Notes: generated from the sequence alone by a model not told the origin. Counted from the first letter of the stretch, positions 40,563 through 50,828 are shown. The stretch is 64,000 bases of DNA from Candidatus Marinacidobacterales bacterium (GCA_965224085.1 CBDCYI010000004.1:1568001-1632000); one strand, 5' to 3'. Made by a program: numbers and translations.

Positions 40563-41651
40563 ATGAGCCAAGACCCTACGTTCCGAATCGTCGGCAGCGC
40601 CCCGTCCGCCCGCAGCGTGCGTTACGAGGCCTATCGGCGCGAGTGGGACCGTCGCGGCGAAGAGCTCGACGGCGCGGATCACCCGGTCCACGTCGACCTC
40701 GAATCTGTCGCCGTTTGCGATCTGCGCTGCGGAAGCTCCGAAGAGGATCCTCAGGGCTTTTGCCAGATCTGGACCCACGAGCACATCCGCAAGCTCGGGT
40801 TCGACGAGCACACGTATCAGAGAGGCTACATGGACCCCAAGCTGTATACGGCGTTGTTGCGGCAATGCGCCGAGATGGGGGCAAGCTCCGTCAAGCTCAA
40901 CTATCGTGGCGAGCCGTCGCTTCATCCCGAAATCGTGTCTTTCGTCCGCCAGGCCGCGGCGCTCGGCTTTCCGGACATCATGATGAACACGAACGGGAAT
41001 GGCGGCGCGCGGACGCGTCCCGAGCTCTTTGCCGAGCTCGTAGAAGCTGGCATCACGGATCTCATGTTCTCGGTCGACGCCGCGGACGAAGTGTCTTACG
41101 ACAAACAGCGCGTGGGCGGCGATTGGAAGATCTTGCTCCACTCCGTCCGGAGCGCTGTCGAAGCGCGCGCTCACGGCGGAGGCACGACGGATTGCCGAAT
41201 CCGTGCGTCGGTCGTGCGAACGTTCCTGAATGCCGCCGATGTCGATAGCGGCCGCATGGAAGCGTTTTGGCGAGACGAGATGGGCGTCGACTGGATGTCC
41301 ATCAGCGAGTGCTACTTTCCTGCCGGCGCGACCCACCAGTGGAAAGCCGCCGAGTGGCAGTCGCTGAGCGCGGCCGAGTTCCAGTGCCCCGATCCGTTCC
41401 GCCGCATGGTGGTCACGTGGGACGGCAAGCATACGATGCCGTGCTGCCAAGGGTTCACGCTCGAGATCGACGGCGGCCCTGTGACAGGGGTTGCGCAAAC
41501 CATCCAGGAAGCGTGGATGAGCGAGAACTTCGACCGGTTGCGCAGAGCCCATCGTGATCGCACTTGGGATCGGGGGAGGCAAAAAGGCGAGCCCATCTGC
41601 GTCAACTGCGCCGTCACCAAGAAGCCGACACCCATCGCCATCTCGGTGTAA
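40563..41651 (+). CDS. Radical SAM protein with SPASM/twitch domain and atypical CX3CX10C motif
   Basis: CDLRC-GSSEEDPQGF-C, GEPSLHP, NTNG, FSVDA, CPDPF...PCC...CVNC. Confidence 0.85.
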   Translation: MSQDPTFRIVGSAPSARSVRYEAYRREWDRRGEELDGADHPVHVDLESVAVCDLRCGSSEEDPQGFCQIWTHEHIRKLGFDEHTYQRGYMDPKLYTALLRQCAEMGASSVKLNYRGEPSLHPEIVSFVRQAAALGFPDIMMNTNGNGGARTRPELFAELVEAGITDLMFSVDAADEVSYDKQRVGGDWKILLHSVRSAVEARAHGGGTTDCRIRASVVRTFLNAADVDSGRMEAFWRDEMGVDWMSISECYFPAGATHQWKAAEWQSLSAAEFQCPDPFRRMVVTWDGKHTMPCCQGFTLEIDGGPVTGVAQTIQEAWMSENFDRLRRAHRDRTWDRGRQKGEPICVNCAVTKKPTPIAISV

Positions 41652-41792
41652 GCAGAGTGCCGGAAAAATTGGCTGGACCCTGCCTCGAAGAGCGAGGGAG
41701 CATTAAGCACCGTAAATGACGGCGGCTCTAGGCTGCCTAGTCCTAAAGGTTGGGGTTCCACAGCCGTTTCGATCTGCTAGGATCGAACCTAC

Positions 41793-42740
41793 TTGAGTTC
41801 CATAACTGCCTCGGCTCTGTCATTCGCCGGCCTCCTCTTACTCGCTTTCGGTGCAGACTGGCTCGTACGCGGATCGTCCCGGCTCGCGAGCCATTTCGGG
41901 GTGAGCCCGCTACTCGTGGGCCTTACGGTCGTCGCTTATGGAACGTCGTCGCCCGAGATCGTAGCGAGCGTCATCGCGGCGCTCAGCGGCCATGCGGAGA
42001 TGACGGTGGGAAATGTGCTCGGAAGCAACATCGCCAATGTCGGGCTCATCCTCGGATGCGCCGCAATCATAGCGCCCTTAAAGGTGGCGGCTTCGGTGCT
42101 CAAGCGCGAGCTTCCGCTTCTCCTCGGCGTGACGGTGCTTCTCTTCGTCTGCGCGTTGGGGCTCGAGCTCGGGCGCGGGGCGGGGCGTGTGTTCATCGCG
42201 CTTCTCGTCTTCTTCAACTACCTGTCGATCCGCTGGGCTCGCGGCGAGGCGCCAAAAGCCAAGCCGGCCAGCAAGGTCCACGCACCGCGCACGCATAGCC
42301 TCGCCTCGAGCTCGGCGTTCGCCGTCTTTGGTCTCATCCTTCTGCTCGGCGGCGCGCAACTTCTTGTTGCGGGCGCGGTCTCGCTCGCCCGCTCGATAGG
42401 CCTATCTGAGTTCATCATCGGCGCGACGCTCGTAGCAGTGGGCACGTCGATGCCCGAGCTCGCGACCTCGATCGTCGCGGGTCTTCGGGGTGAGGCGGAT
42501 CTCGTCGTGGGTGCTATCATCGGCAGCAACCTGTTCAACATTCTTGGTGCGATCGGGGCTTCCGCGAGCTTGCGAACGCTTCCCATCGACGAAAAGCTGT
42601 TTCATTTCGAGCTTCCGGTGCTCGTCGGCTTTACGCTCGCGATGGCCGTCTTTTTGTACACGGGACGGCGGCTCGTGAGATGGGAGGGGATCGTGCTCCT
42701 CTGCAGTTACGGCGTGTTCATAGGACTACTCTTCCGTTGA
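41793..42740 (+). CDS. Calcium/sodium antiporter (YrbG-like)
   Basis: Two alpha repeats GTSSPE / GTSMPE, GNVLGSN / GSNLFN. Confidence 0.92.
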   Translation: MSSITASALSFAGLLLLAFGADWLVRGSSRLASHFGVSPLLVGLTVVAYGTSSPEIVASVIAALSGHAEMTVGNVLGSNIANVGLILGCAAIIAPLKVAASVLKRELPLLLGVTVLLFVCALGLELGRGAGRVFIALLVFFNYLSIRWARGEAPKAKPASKVHAPRTHSLASSSAFAVFGLILLLGGAQLLVAGAVSLARSIGLSEFIIGATLVAVGTSMPELATSIVAGLRGEADLVVGAIIGSNLFNILGAIGASASLRTLPIDEKLFHFELPVLVGFTLAMAVFLYTGRRLVRWEGIVLLCSYGVFIGLLFR

Positions 42741-42772
42741 TGGCGTTGATGGCGCTGATGCGTCGGGTGCCA

Positions 42773-43105
42773 CTACGATCCTTCGCAACCCAGAGAGAAA
42801 GCAATGGCGTCGCAGACGAGCTTCATTTTCTCGTCGCTTACTTTGGTGAGTCGACGCCCAATCCCGACTTTCGCGATGGTCACGATATTGTGAAGATTAA
42901 TGATGCACGGCGCCTTCATACCATCGTCGACGTCGAGCTGAACCTCCGAGGCCACGTCTCGGATCGTGGATGTGATCGGCGCAACCGTGATGCGCGAGAG
43001 ATACTTGATGGACGCGCCGCGAGTCAACAGTAGAACCGGTCGGGACTTGTCCGGCGGGGCGAACGGATAGAGTCTAATCTCGCCGCGCTCTAGTCGTTCG
43101 GCCAA
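42773..43105 (-). CDS. mazF: PemK/MazF-family toxin
   Basis: RGEIRL...KSRPVLLLT...VAPITSTIR; likely TTG start overlapping the antitoxin. Confidence 0.88.
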   Translation of the reverse strand: MAERLERGEIRLYPFAPPDKSRPVLLLTRGASIKYLSRITVAPITSTIRDVASEVQLDVDDGMKAPCIINLHNIVTIAKVGIGRRLTKVSDEKMKLVCDAIAFSLGCEGS

Positions 43106-43323
43106 TCGGCCACCCTCGCCCAACGCCTTACCTCATCGAGGTCGTCCGGTCGTTGCTCGTATGCAGCCCGCTCCTGGTCCTCCAACTCCGCGTAGCGCAG
43201 CCTCTTCAAATGCGCGCGCAACGCCTCACGTATCAGCGCTGAGCGGTTGATTCGCTGCCGCTTGGCAAGCCGATCAGCAAGCTCGAGCAGAGCATCATCG
43301 AGCACCACCTGTATGGTCGCCAT
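43090..43323 (-). CDS. CopG/RHH antitoxin
   Basis: TIQVVLDDALL...NRSALIREAL; upstream of the toxin. Confidence 0.85.
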   Translation of the reverse strand: MATIQVVLDDALLELADRLAKRQRINRSALIREALRAHLKRLRYAELEDQERAAYEQRPDDLDEVRRWARVADWPND

Positions 43324-43324
43324 C

Positions 43325-43361
43325 TATGTTGAGTATACTCAACATAATATTCCACAGTCAA
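43325..43361 (-). promoter_or_regulatory. TA promoter with 22-bp perfect palindromic operator
   Basis: TTGACT-N18-TATACT; palindrome TATGTTGAGTATACTCAACATA at 43325-43346. Confidence 0.8.
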
Positions 43362-43376
43362 ACCAACAGTTTCGTT

Positions 43377-44588
43377 CTACTCCCAGCTGCGCTCGTCTCG
43401 GATCGGCACCGCGCCGCTCGCGAGGGTACCCGGCGGCACGAGCTCGACGTCGACGCGGAGCTTGAGTTCGTTACGGAAACTCTGGGCGAGCGCCTCGACC
43501 TCGACGTCAACCTCGGCTTCCACGCGGATCGCGATCGCATCGCGGCAATTCACACGTCGCACGACCGCTTCAAATCGGGGCACTTCGCCGAGTGCTACTG
43601 CTAGCGCCCGCGCAATCGATCGTGGGTGGACGAACATCCCTCGGACTTTTACGCCCTCGCCCACCCTTCCTTGGAAGCCGAGAAGCCGCGGGGTCGTGCG
43701 CCCGCACGAACAGGGTGTGGTGTCGAGCGCCGAACGATCGCCGGTGCCGAAACGTACGAGCGGATAGACTTCGTTTTGTGTGCTGACGACGACTTCGCCT
43801 GTGTTCTCGAGCACCTCGACGACGCGCCCGGGCGTGATATGCCACCCGCGCGACGCTTCGCATTCGAATGCGATCGCGCCGACATCGGCGGTGCCATAAC
43901 CTTCGCGGATCGACACGCCGAACTCACGCAAGAGGTCTTCTCTGAGCGACGCCGATAGCGGCCCACCGCTGACGAAGCCGCGCTCGAGACAAATGTCGAT
44001 GCTCTTCTCCCGCGCGCGGTCGAGAAGCGTCCAGATAAAATCCGGTGTTCCGCAATAACCGGTGCTTCCCGAGCGCGCGAGGAGATCGACTTGCGCGTTC
44101 GTGTTCCCGACACCGCCGGGGACGACGGTACAGCCGAGCGCTCGGAGCCCTTCTTCCATCATCGCCCCCGCTGGCGTCAGATGGTACGAGAAGGTGTTGT
44201 AGACCGTGTCGCCTTGTCGAAAGCCAGTGGCCCAAAGCGCGGGCGAAAAGCCCCAGAAGTCCGGGCCTTCCCCTTCGGGATCGAGGATCGGGCCGGGAGA
44301 CAGGAAAACACGCTTCAACGTCTTGACGTCGCGCGCCAGTAGCCCCCCGAAAGGTGGCGACGCTTCCTGCAGCTCGGGGAGGTCGTCCTTCGATAGCACC
44401 GGCACATCGGCCAAGGCGGCGACGGAGCGGATGTCCCCCGCGACGAGTCCCGCGTTCTCCAGCCGGCGCGGAAACTCTTCGGTGTGCTCGGCGGCATAGG
44501 CCACGATGTTGCGCACGAGCTGGTCTTGATAGACCTGCCAAGCTTCGGCTGGTGCGGCTTCGATCTCGGGCTGGTAGATCGGATTCAC
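43377..44588 (-). CDS. Phenylacetate-CoA ligase (PaaK)-like protein
   Basis: FSYHLTPAG, YGTADVG, YPLVRFGTGD, KVRGMFVHP. Confidence 0.85.
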   Translation of the reverse strand: MNPIYQPEIEAAPAEAWQVYQDQLVRNIVAYAAEHTEEFPRRLENAGLVAGDIRSVAALADVPVLSKDDLPELQEASPPFGGLLARDVKTLKRVFLSPGPILDPEGEGPDFWGFSPALWATGFRQGDTVYNTFSYHLTPAGAMMEEGLRALGCTVVPGGVGNTNAQVDLLARSGSTGYCGTPDFIWTLLDRAREKSIDICLERGFVSGGPLSASLREDLLREFGVSIREGYGTADVGAIAFECEASRGWHITPGRVVEVLENTGEVVVSTQNEVYPLVRFGTGDRSALDTTPCSCGRTTPRLLGFQGRVGEGVKVRGMFVHPRSIARALAVALGEVPRFEAVVRRVNCRDAIAIRVEAEVDVEVEALAQSFRNELKLRVDVELVPPGTLASGAVPIRDERSWE

Positions 44589-45364
44589 GACAACCAGCGC
44601 TTTCGCCGTCGATAATGTTTGACGGCGCGATAGGACTTGCGCTCGCCTAGCTCCGAGAGGCCGAGATAGAACTCCTTCACGTCCGCGTTCTCGCGGAGCT
44701 CTTCCGGTGTGCCTTCGAGAACCACTCGGCCGTTCTCCATGACGTAGCCATAGTGCGAGGTGTCGAGCGCGCGGGCGGCGTTTTGCTCGACGAGAAGAAT
44801 CGTCGCGCCGTCGGCCTCGTTGAGGCGACGCAGAACGGCGAAGATCTCTTCGACGATAAGCGGAGCGAGACCGAGAGACGGCTCGTCGAGCAGCAGAAGC
44901 TTAGGCTCTGACATCAGAGCTCGGCCGATCGCGAGCATCTGTTGCTCACCGCCCGAGAGAAAGCCCGCAAGCTTCGTGCGACAGTCGTTCAAACGAGGAA
45001 AGGTGTCGAACACCTTGTCGAGGTTCATCGAGGAGCTGGTATAAGCGCCCACGCGCAAGTTATCTTCGACGGTGAGATGCTCGAAGACGCGGCGGCCTTC
45101 CATGACTTGAAAGACCCCGCGCCGGACGACGTCGTGAGGCGCCAAACCGTGGATGGGCTCGCCTTCGAGCTCGATGGAGCCGTCGGTCACCTCTCCATTT
45201 TCCGGCGCCAGTAGGCCCGAGACGGCTTTGAGGGTCGTCGACTTCCCCGTACCGTTCGTGCCGAGAAGACAGACGATCTGACCTCGGCCGACTTCGAGAG
45301 AAAGCCCGCGGAGAACGAGCACGACGTTGTCGTAGACGACCTCGACGTTATTCAGACGGAGCAT
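44585..45364 (-). CDS. LivF-like ABC ATP-binding protein
   Basis: GTNGTGKST, LSGGEQQM, LDEPSLGLAP. Confidence 0.92.
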   Translation of the reverse strand: MLRLNNVEVVYDNVVLVLRGLSLEVGRGQIVCLLGTNGTGKSTTLKAVSGLLAPENGEVTDGSIELEGEPIHGLAPHDVVRRGVFQVMEGRRVFEHLTVEDNLRVGAYTSSSMNLDKVFDTFPRLNDCRTKLAGFLSGGEQQMLAIGRALMSEPKLLLLDEPSLGLAPLIVEEIFAVLRRLNEADGATILLVEQNAARALDTSHYGYVMENGRVVLEGTPEELRENADVKEFYLGLSELGERKSYRAVKHYRRRKRWLS

Positions 45365-46529
45365 GGCGAAATCCCGTCAGCGGCACCCAGCGGCCTTGTT
45401 CGACTCGAAACAAGCGCATGCCTTTCGCGCCGCGATGATTCTCGCCGGAGAATGTAATCGGAAAGGTCACACCTCCGGTATCGAAATCAGCGAGCCCCTC
45501 GAGCGCCGCTTTGACGTTCTCGCCGGTGAGAGGCAAGTGGTCGTGGACGACGCGACGGATGCCCTCCGTCAGGACCGCCATCGTCCACCAACCCTGTCCA
45601 TACGGAACACCTTGGTCTTCGAGAGCACCCCCGTCCCGTTCAAGGAGATAGGCGCGCGCGCCTTCGAGGCCGCTCACGCCTTCGGAAGCTGGCGGCGCAA
45701 AAGGCATCGCCCCGACGACGCCTTCGCTCGCCTCTCTCGCGAGCTCGACAAGAAGCTCGTTGGCGCACCAGTTCAAACAAAAGAAAGGGATCGTCATCGA
45801 GAGGCTCGCGGCGTTCTTGAGCACGACGGAGACCGGAGCCGAAGTGTTTTGAAAGAGGATGTACTGCGCACCCCATTCGCGCACGCGCGTGAGCTCCGAT
45901 GTAAAGTCCGTGCTGCCTCGGGGCATCTCCTGCGCTATCATCTCGATGCCTTGGGCCGCGGCGTAGTCGCGCCCGAGTTGCTCGTAAGGCGACAAGCCGA
46001 ACGGCGAGGCGTGGTGAAAAAGCGCTACTTTCGGGCTCCCTTCGGGATGATTCTCGATAATCCAGTCGAGGGCGATCAGAAACTGATCGCTATACGTCGT
46101 GCCCACGAGGAAATTGTAAGGCGCTTCCGCCGGATCGCCGAGCACGTGCGAGTAGGACGCCGACATGAACGGCACCTGGTCTTCGGCGATGCGCCCGCGG
46201 AGAGCTTCCGTGTCTCCCGTACCCCAGCCCATGAAGGCGACGACGCCTTCGCTGACGAACTCGCTGTAGAGCTGCTCGGCGCGGTCGACCCGATAGCCGT
46301 AATCCTGATAGAGCAGCTCGAGCGGGCGGCCGTCGATGCCACCTTGGCCGTTGACCCAGCCGACATAGTCGCGGACGCCGTCGGCATAGATCGTCCCGAC
46401 ATCCGAAGTGGCTCCCGTGAGCGCGAAGATGGCGCCCACGAGGATGGCATCGTCTGGCTCCGAATCCCCGCGGCCTCCGCAACCCAGGCAAAGCGCTAGC
46501 GCTGACGCGCCGACGAGTCTTTTCACCAT
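45348..46529 (-). CDS. Branched-chain-amino-acid-type ABC substrate-binding lipoprotein
   Basis: Lipobox LGC; LTGATSDVG, GGIDGRP, GWGTGDTEAL. Confidence 0.88.
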   Translation of the reverse strand: MVKRLVGASALALCLGCGGRGDSEPDDAILVGAIFALTGATSDVGTIYADGVRDYVGWVNGQGGIDGRPLELLYQDYGYRVDRAEQLYSEFVSEGVVAFMGWGTGDTEALRGRIAEDQVPFMSASYSHVLGDPAEAPYNFLVGTTYSDQFLIALDWIIENHPEGSPKVALFHHASPFGLSPYEQLGRDYAAAQGIEMIAQEMPRGSTDFTSELTRVREWGAQYILFQNTSAPVSVVLKNAASLSMTIPFFCLNWCANELLVELAREASEGVVGAMPFAPPASEGVSGLEGARAYLLERDGGALEDQGVPYGQGWWTMAVLTEGIRRVVHDHLPLTGENVKAALEGLADFDTGGVTFPITFSGENHRGAKGMRLFRVEQGRWVPLTGFRHAPSE

Positions 46530-46590
46530 GGCCGAATTCTAAAGGAATGCGTGGACAGGCGGAAGCGTAACGCACCCGGCGTTTCGAATG

Positions 46591-46627
46591 GACAAGGATC
46601 CTTTACTGTATGTCCATATTGCTTTAC
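46591..46627. promoter_or_regulatory. Putative XRE operator pair
   Basis: Two 16-mers ending CTTTAC (GACAAGGATCCTTTAC, GTCCATATTGCTTTAC) upstream of a membrane protein-XRE operon. Confidence 0.45.
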
Positions 46628-46661
46628 ACTACGATTTCTTGAGTCAAAGGAGGTATAGACG

Positions 46662-47083
46662 TTGGAACGGACCAAACGATCGCTTTGGATGTGGTGTGCG
46701 ATGAGCGAGCGGGATCGCCGGAATCAGTGGCAGCTTCTCGGTTGGATCTTCGCCTGGGTCCTAGCCAACGCTGCGATCAGCAGGGGCTGGGTGCCCGGCG
46801 GAGCTCCGGCATTCACGGTCATTCTATGCCACGTCCTTCTGGGTGGTGCGATGATGTTGGCCTACCGGAGGTTTCTGCAGAACGCGGATGAGCTGCAGCG
46901 TAGAATTCAGCTGGAGGCCCTCGCGTTGGCTTCGGCGCCGCTCTCGTTGGGGCCGCGGCGGCGGCCTATCGGCTTCTCGAGCGCACCGGTGCCATTGGCG
47001 GGACGGGTGCTTCTAATGTGATTATGATCATGGCGGTCGCCTATTCGGTTGGGGTCCTCGTGGGCCAACGGCGGTACGTTTGA
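46662..47083 (+). CDS. Membrane protein (frameshift near 46930)
   Basis: DELQRRIQLEALAL then continues hydrophobic in another frame to a stop overlapping the XRE start. Confidence 0.65.
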
Positions 47084-47286
47084 AGAACCGGCTCAAAGTC
47101 CTGCGCGCCGAGCGAGACTGGACCCAGGCGCGGTTGGCTCTGGAGCTGGACGTTTCGCGCCAGACCGTCAACGCCATCGAGACCGGCAAGTACGATCCGA
47201 GCCTTCCCCTAGCGTTTCGTATCGCCGACCTTTTCGGCCTGTCCATCGAAACGTTGTTCCGGCCTAATTGGAAGGAACACGCCTGA
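47080..47286 (+). CDS. XRE-family HTH regulator
   Basis: NRLKVLRAERDWTQ...VSRQTVNAIETGKYDPSLPLAF. Confidence 0.93.
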   Translation: MKNRLKVLRAERDWTQARLALELDVSRQTVNAIETGKYDPSLPLAFRIADLFGLSIETLFRPNWKEHA

Positions 47287-47349
47287 AGCCGCGACGCCCG
47301 TTTCTGGTTGCATGTCTTTTGACGCGGGCGATAACATCGGGCTCTCGTT

Positions 47350-48516
47350 ATGTTCGATCGGGCGGCCTTTCTCAAAGCCAACACACTACTCGCCGAGTTA
47401 CCTACCGAAATCGTGTCCGATCTCGCGGGCCGCATGCATGAGGTACGAGCATCGGCGGGTGAGGTGATTTTCCGCGAAAGCGAGCCCGGGGACGCGGCGT
47501 ATTTCGTCGTCGAGGGGTCGCTCCGTATCGAGAAAGACGGCATCCGCATCGTCGAGATGTCGACGGGAGATTGTGTCGGAGAGTTCGCCCTCATCGACGA
47601 AGGCCCACGAAGTGCCACTGCGATCGCGGAGACGGACGTCCTGCTACTCCAATGGCGGCACGCCGAGTTCGAGAGGGCGCTGACGCTCTCTAGCTCCATC
47701 GCGCAGGGCATCTTCCAATACCTCACCTCTAAGCTCCGTCGCGATGTGTCGCTTCAAGTAGCCGCCGGCCTCGAACGGGAGCGATGGCAGCAGGATCTGA
47801 AGCGAGCCCACGAGATTCAAATGGCGATGCTGCCGCAGCGAGATCTTCTCATCGAACGCGCCGAGCTTTCCGGATACTGCAAGCCTGCTGCCGATGTCGG
47901 AGGAGACTACTACGATTACGTGGAGCTCGGGACGGACGCCACCGGTGTAATTCTCGCTGACGTTACCGGGCACGGATTCTACGCGGGCTTGCTCGTTGCG
48001 ATGGCAAAGAGCTGTTTGCATACGCAAGCCAAGATCGATGCCTCGCCGAGCGCGGTCATGGCGGCGATGAATTGGACCGTGTTCCATTCGGTGCAAAGCG
48101 GGCTCATGATGAGCGGCTGCTACGTGCGTCTCGATCACGAGGCGCGCAGGCTGAGCTATTCGAACGCGGGGCATCCTTATCCGTTTCTCTATCATCGCGG
48201 TTCCGACCGTATCGACAGGCTCGAGTCGACGGACCTGATTCTCGGCATACCGGACTTCGAGAACATTCCGTTCTCCGTCGCCAAGAGACAGTGGGAGCCG
48301 GGCGACCTTCTCGTCCTCTACTCGGACGGCATTCACGAAGCACTTTCGGCCGACGACGAAGAGTTCGGCGAAGCGCGTCTTGAGCGCGTGATCTTGGAAG
48401 CCAAGCAAGAGGAACCAAGACAGGTGCGCGATCGGATCTTGCGCGCGGTCGCCGAGCACTCAAGCGGCGTGGCGCCAGCGGACGACGTGACCGTCGTCGT
48501 GGCGAAGGCCCGTTAG
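47350..48516 (+). CDS. cNMP-binding domain fused to SpoIIE/RsbU PP2C phosphatase
   Basis: GEFALIDEGPRSATA; VGGDYYD, ADVTGHG, NAGHP, YSDGI, DDVT. Confidence 0.92.
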   Translation: MFDRAAFLKANTLLAELPTEIVSDLAGRMHEVRASAGEVIFRESEPGDAAYFVVEGSLRIEKDGIRIVEMSTGDCVGEFALIDEGPRSATAIAETDVLLLQWRHAEFERALTLSSSIAQGIFQYLTSKLRRDVSLQVAAGLERERWQQDLKRAHEIQMAMLPQRDLLIERAELSGYCKPAADVGGDYYDYVELGTDATGVILADVTGHGFYAGLLVAMAKSCLHTQAKIDASPSAVMAAMNWTVFHSVQSGLMMSGCYVRLDHEARRLSYSNAGHPYPFLYHRGSDRIDRLESTDLILGIPDFENIPFSVAKRQWEPGDLLVLYSDGIHEALSADDEEFGEARLERVILEAKQEEPRQVRDRILRAVAEHSSGVAPADDVTVVVAKAR

Positions 48517-48769
48517 CCTGAGTGGAAGCCTCGCGCCAACACGTCCAGGCCCGCTGCAAACAACCAGACGGCCTCGACGGAGGTTTCGCGCCTCGTCGCC
48601 TTCGCTACATAGGATATGGGCGGTGCGAGGACCTGTCCGGTCCCTGCCTGCCATTTTCGAGTCTGTCGTCATCCTTGACTTCCTCGAGCGCGTTGTCCAC
48701 CAAACGCGAGCACCCATGGCAATCGCCGCCTTGTTGTCAGTGGCCTCGATCGTCGGCATTGCCCACATG

Positions 48770-48900
48770 GTCACGAAAGGAGTCACGCCGGTGCCCGTCG
48801 TCTCGCAACGTCTCGGACACAACAAGATTGAAATCACGTTGAACGTCTACGCCCACGCGCTACCCTCGATGGGCCGTGACGCGGCGGCGGCTCTAAGCGT
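48770..48900 (+). pseudogene. Tyrosine integrase C-terminal fragment
   Basis: PVVSQRLGHNKIEITLNVYAHALPSM. Confidence 0.7.
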
Positions 48901-49320
48901 TAGCGAGAGACTAAGGCGACAACCTCGCCGTTCTCATTGACCGCCGGGGAAAACGTTGAGCCGTTGGGGACCGTACCGGGAACCGAGTCTACTCGTCTGG
49001 TTTGATTGGCCTGAACGTCGTGGATGTAAATATCTGACCAGAGTGCCGAAGGCGAATCAATATTCGTGGCCTCCGAGGAAAACACGACGACTCGGCCATC
49101 TCCACTAATCGAGGGGAAGCTGCTTTCTCCATTGCCTTCCGCGTCGGCTCCGTTGCGGCTGATGAGTCGTGTTACTCCTGTGAGCCTATTGTGGAGCATG
49201 ACCTGTGCGTTCATACCGCTGAGTCCTGGTGTCAAGTTGGACGCGTACGTGCTAAACGCGATCAGCTGCCCATCACCGCTGATGGCGGGCTGGTGCGACC
49301 CTCGACTTGAAGGGCCTGCC
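48900..49320 (-). pseudogene. TolB/PD40-like beta-propeller fragment
   Basis: Repeats PAISGDGQLIAF, PSISGDGRVVVFSSEATN, PAVNENGEVVA. Confidence 0.7.
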
Positions 49321-49688
49321 TGGTGGTGAACGACGGCGAGGTCGTCTTGAATCGCTACTTTCCCAACCCCTACGACGAACCTGACACGAGTCCGGAGACG
49401 TGAGCTCGGATTCCTATTGAACCGTGATCGTCACCGGAGAGGAGCACGACTCGTTGCCGGCGGCGTCGGTGGCGCAGATCCGGCACGTCAGCGTTTCTCC
49501 AGGTGGCGTTTGGTATCGGCAAAGCGCGTGACCCGTCGAACGAGTCGTATTGGGAATGATAGATTCGATCACCTCCGAAGCTTCACGCATGGATGAGCCG
49601 ATAAGCGCGATCTCGTCTTGAGGAGGGGCTTGTCCACATCGCTCCGCCGCGTTAACATTGCGACTCCCATCGCCGGTATGCAAACCAC

Positions 49689-50828
49689 GTGATAAGCACT
49701 CCGCTCGCCCTTCTCGCGTTCCTGTTTCTGATCATCGCCTTCACTCGGTTCCTGGAGCATCGCTTCGAGGTCCTGAAAAAGATCACGTCCGCCGTTTTGT
49801 GCACGCTCATCGGTATTCTTCTATCCAACTTAGGCATCATTCCTCACCGATCCGGCCTCTATGAAGCCGTTTTCGAAATAGCCATACCCTACGCCATCGC
49901 GTTGGTGATCCTCGCCTCGAGTTTCTCGGATTTGAAGCGGGCCGGTCCTCGTCTCATCGTGGCCTTCGGGTTGGCGGGTCTTGGAAGCTTCTTGGGTGGG
50001 CTCTTTGGTGGAGCGTTCTATGCGAGGTGGGTCGGGGATGAAACCTGGAAGCTCGCCGGACAATTCGTGGGAGCGTTTTTCGGCGGAGGGATGAACTTCG
50101 CGGCCATCGGTCGGGGCCTCGAGACGTCGCCGAGTCTCTTCGCAGCTGGCGCGGTCGCGATCAACATGTCCACCGTTCCCTGGCTCTTGTCTCAAATGGC
50201 GTTGGCAAGGAATCTGGAAACCAAGTTTGGAGCGGTTCCTGCCGATCCCGTCGGTGCTCCTGCGGGCGCCAGCAGCGACGATCCGCGCCGGGAATGGGTC
50301 ACCGCCTCGCTCAAAATCACGGACCTATCCTTGCTCGCCGCAATCCCACTCGCCATTCTGTGGGGCGCCCGAGAGCTCAGTTCCGTCCTGCCAGGTTTTC
50401 CCGAAGTCCTCTGGATTACGACCCTGGCACTCGCACTGGCACAAGTGCCGGCGCTCCGGAGGCTACAGGGAAGTGCCTTTCTAGCTTACTTCGCGATGCA
50501 TCTCTTCTTTATCGTGATAGGGGCGCAATCTGTATTGGGCGAAGTACTCAGCGCCGGGCCGAGCGTACTCCTATTCATGGTGTCCGTGATCGGCGTTCAC
50601 GCGCTCGTGCTCTTCGGGCTCGGTTGGTTGTTGCGTTTCGACATTCAGACTCTCTCGGTCGCGAGCCAGGCGGCGGTGGGAGGACCCGGCTCCGCGCTTG
50701 CCCTCTCCATGTCCATGAACTGGTCACGTCTCGTGACTCCCGGCGTCATCGTGGGGATCTTCGGCTATGCCCTAGGAAACTACTTGGGCTTTGTTTGTGC
50801 CTACTTGGTGAGAGGTTGGCTCGCGTGA
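49689..50828 (+). CDS. DUF819-family membrane protein
   Basis: GGGMNFAA, ASQAAVGGPGSA, GYALGNYLG. Confidence 0.85.
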   Translation: MISTPLALLAFLFLIIAFTRFLEHRFEVLKKITSAVLCTLIGILLSNLGIIPHRSGLYEAVFEIAIPYAIALVILASSFSDLKRAGPRLIVAFGLAGLGSFLGGLFGGAFYARWVGDETWKLAGQFVGAFFGGGMNFAAIGRGLETSPSLFAAGAVAINMSTVPWLLSQMALARNLETKFGAVPADPVGAPAGASSDDPRREWVTASLKITDLSLLAAIPLAILWGARELSSVLPGFPEVLWITTLALALAQVPALRRLQGSAFLAYFAMHLFFIVIGAQSVLGEVLSAGPSVLLFMVSVIGVHALVLFGLGWLLRFDIQTLSVASQAAVGGPGSALALSMSMNWSRLVTPGVIVGIFGYALGNYLGFVCAYLVRGWLA

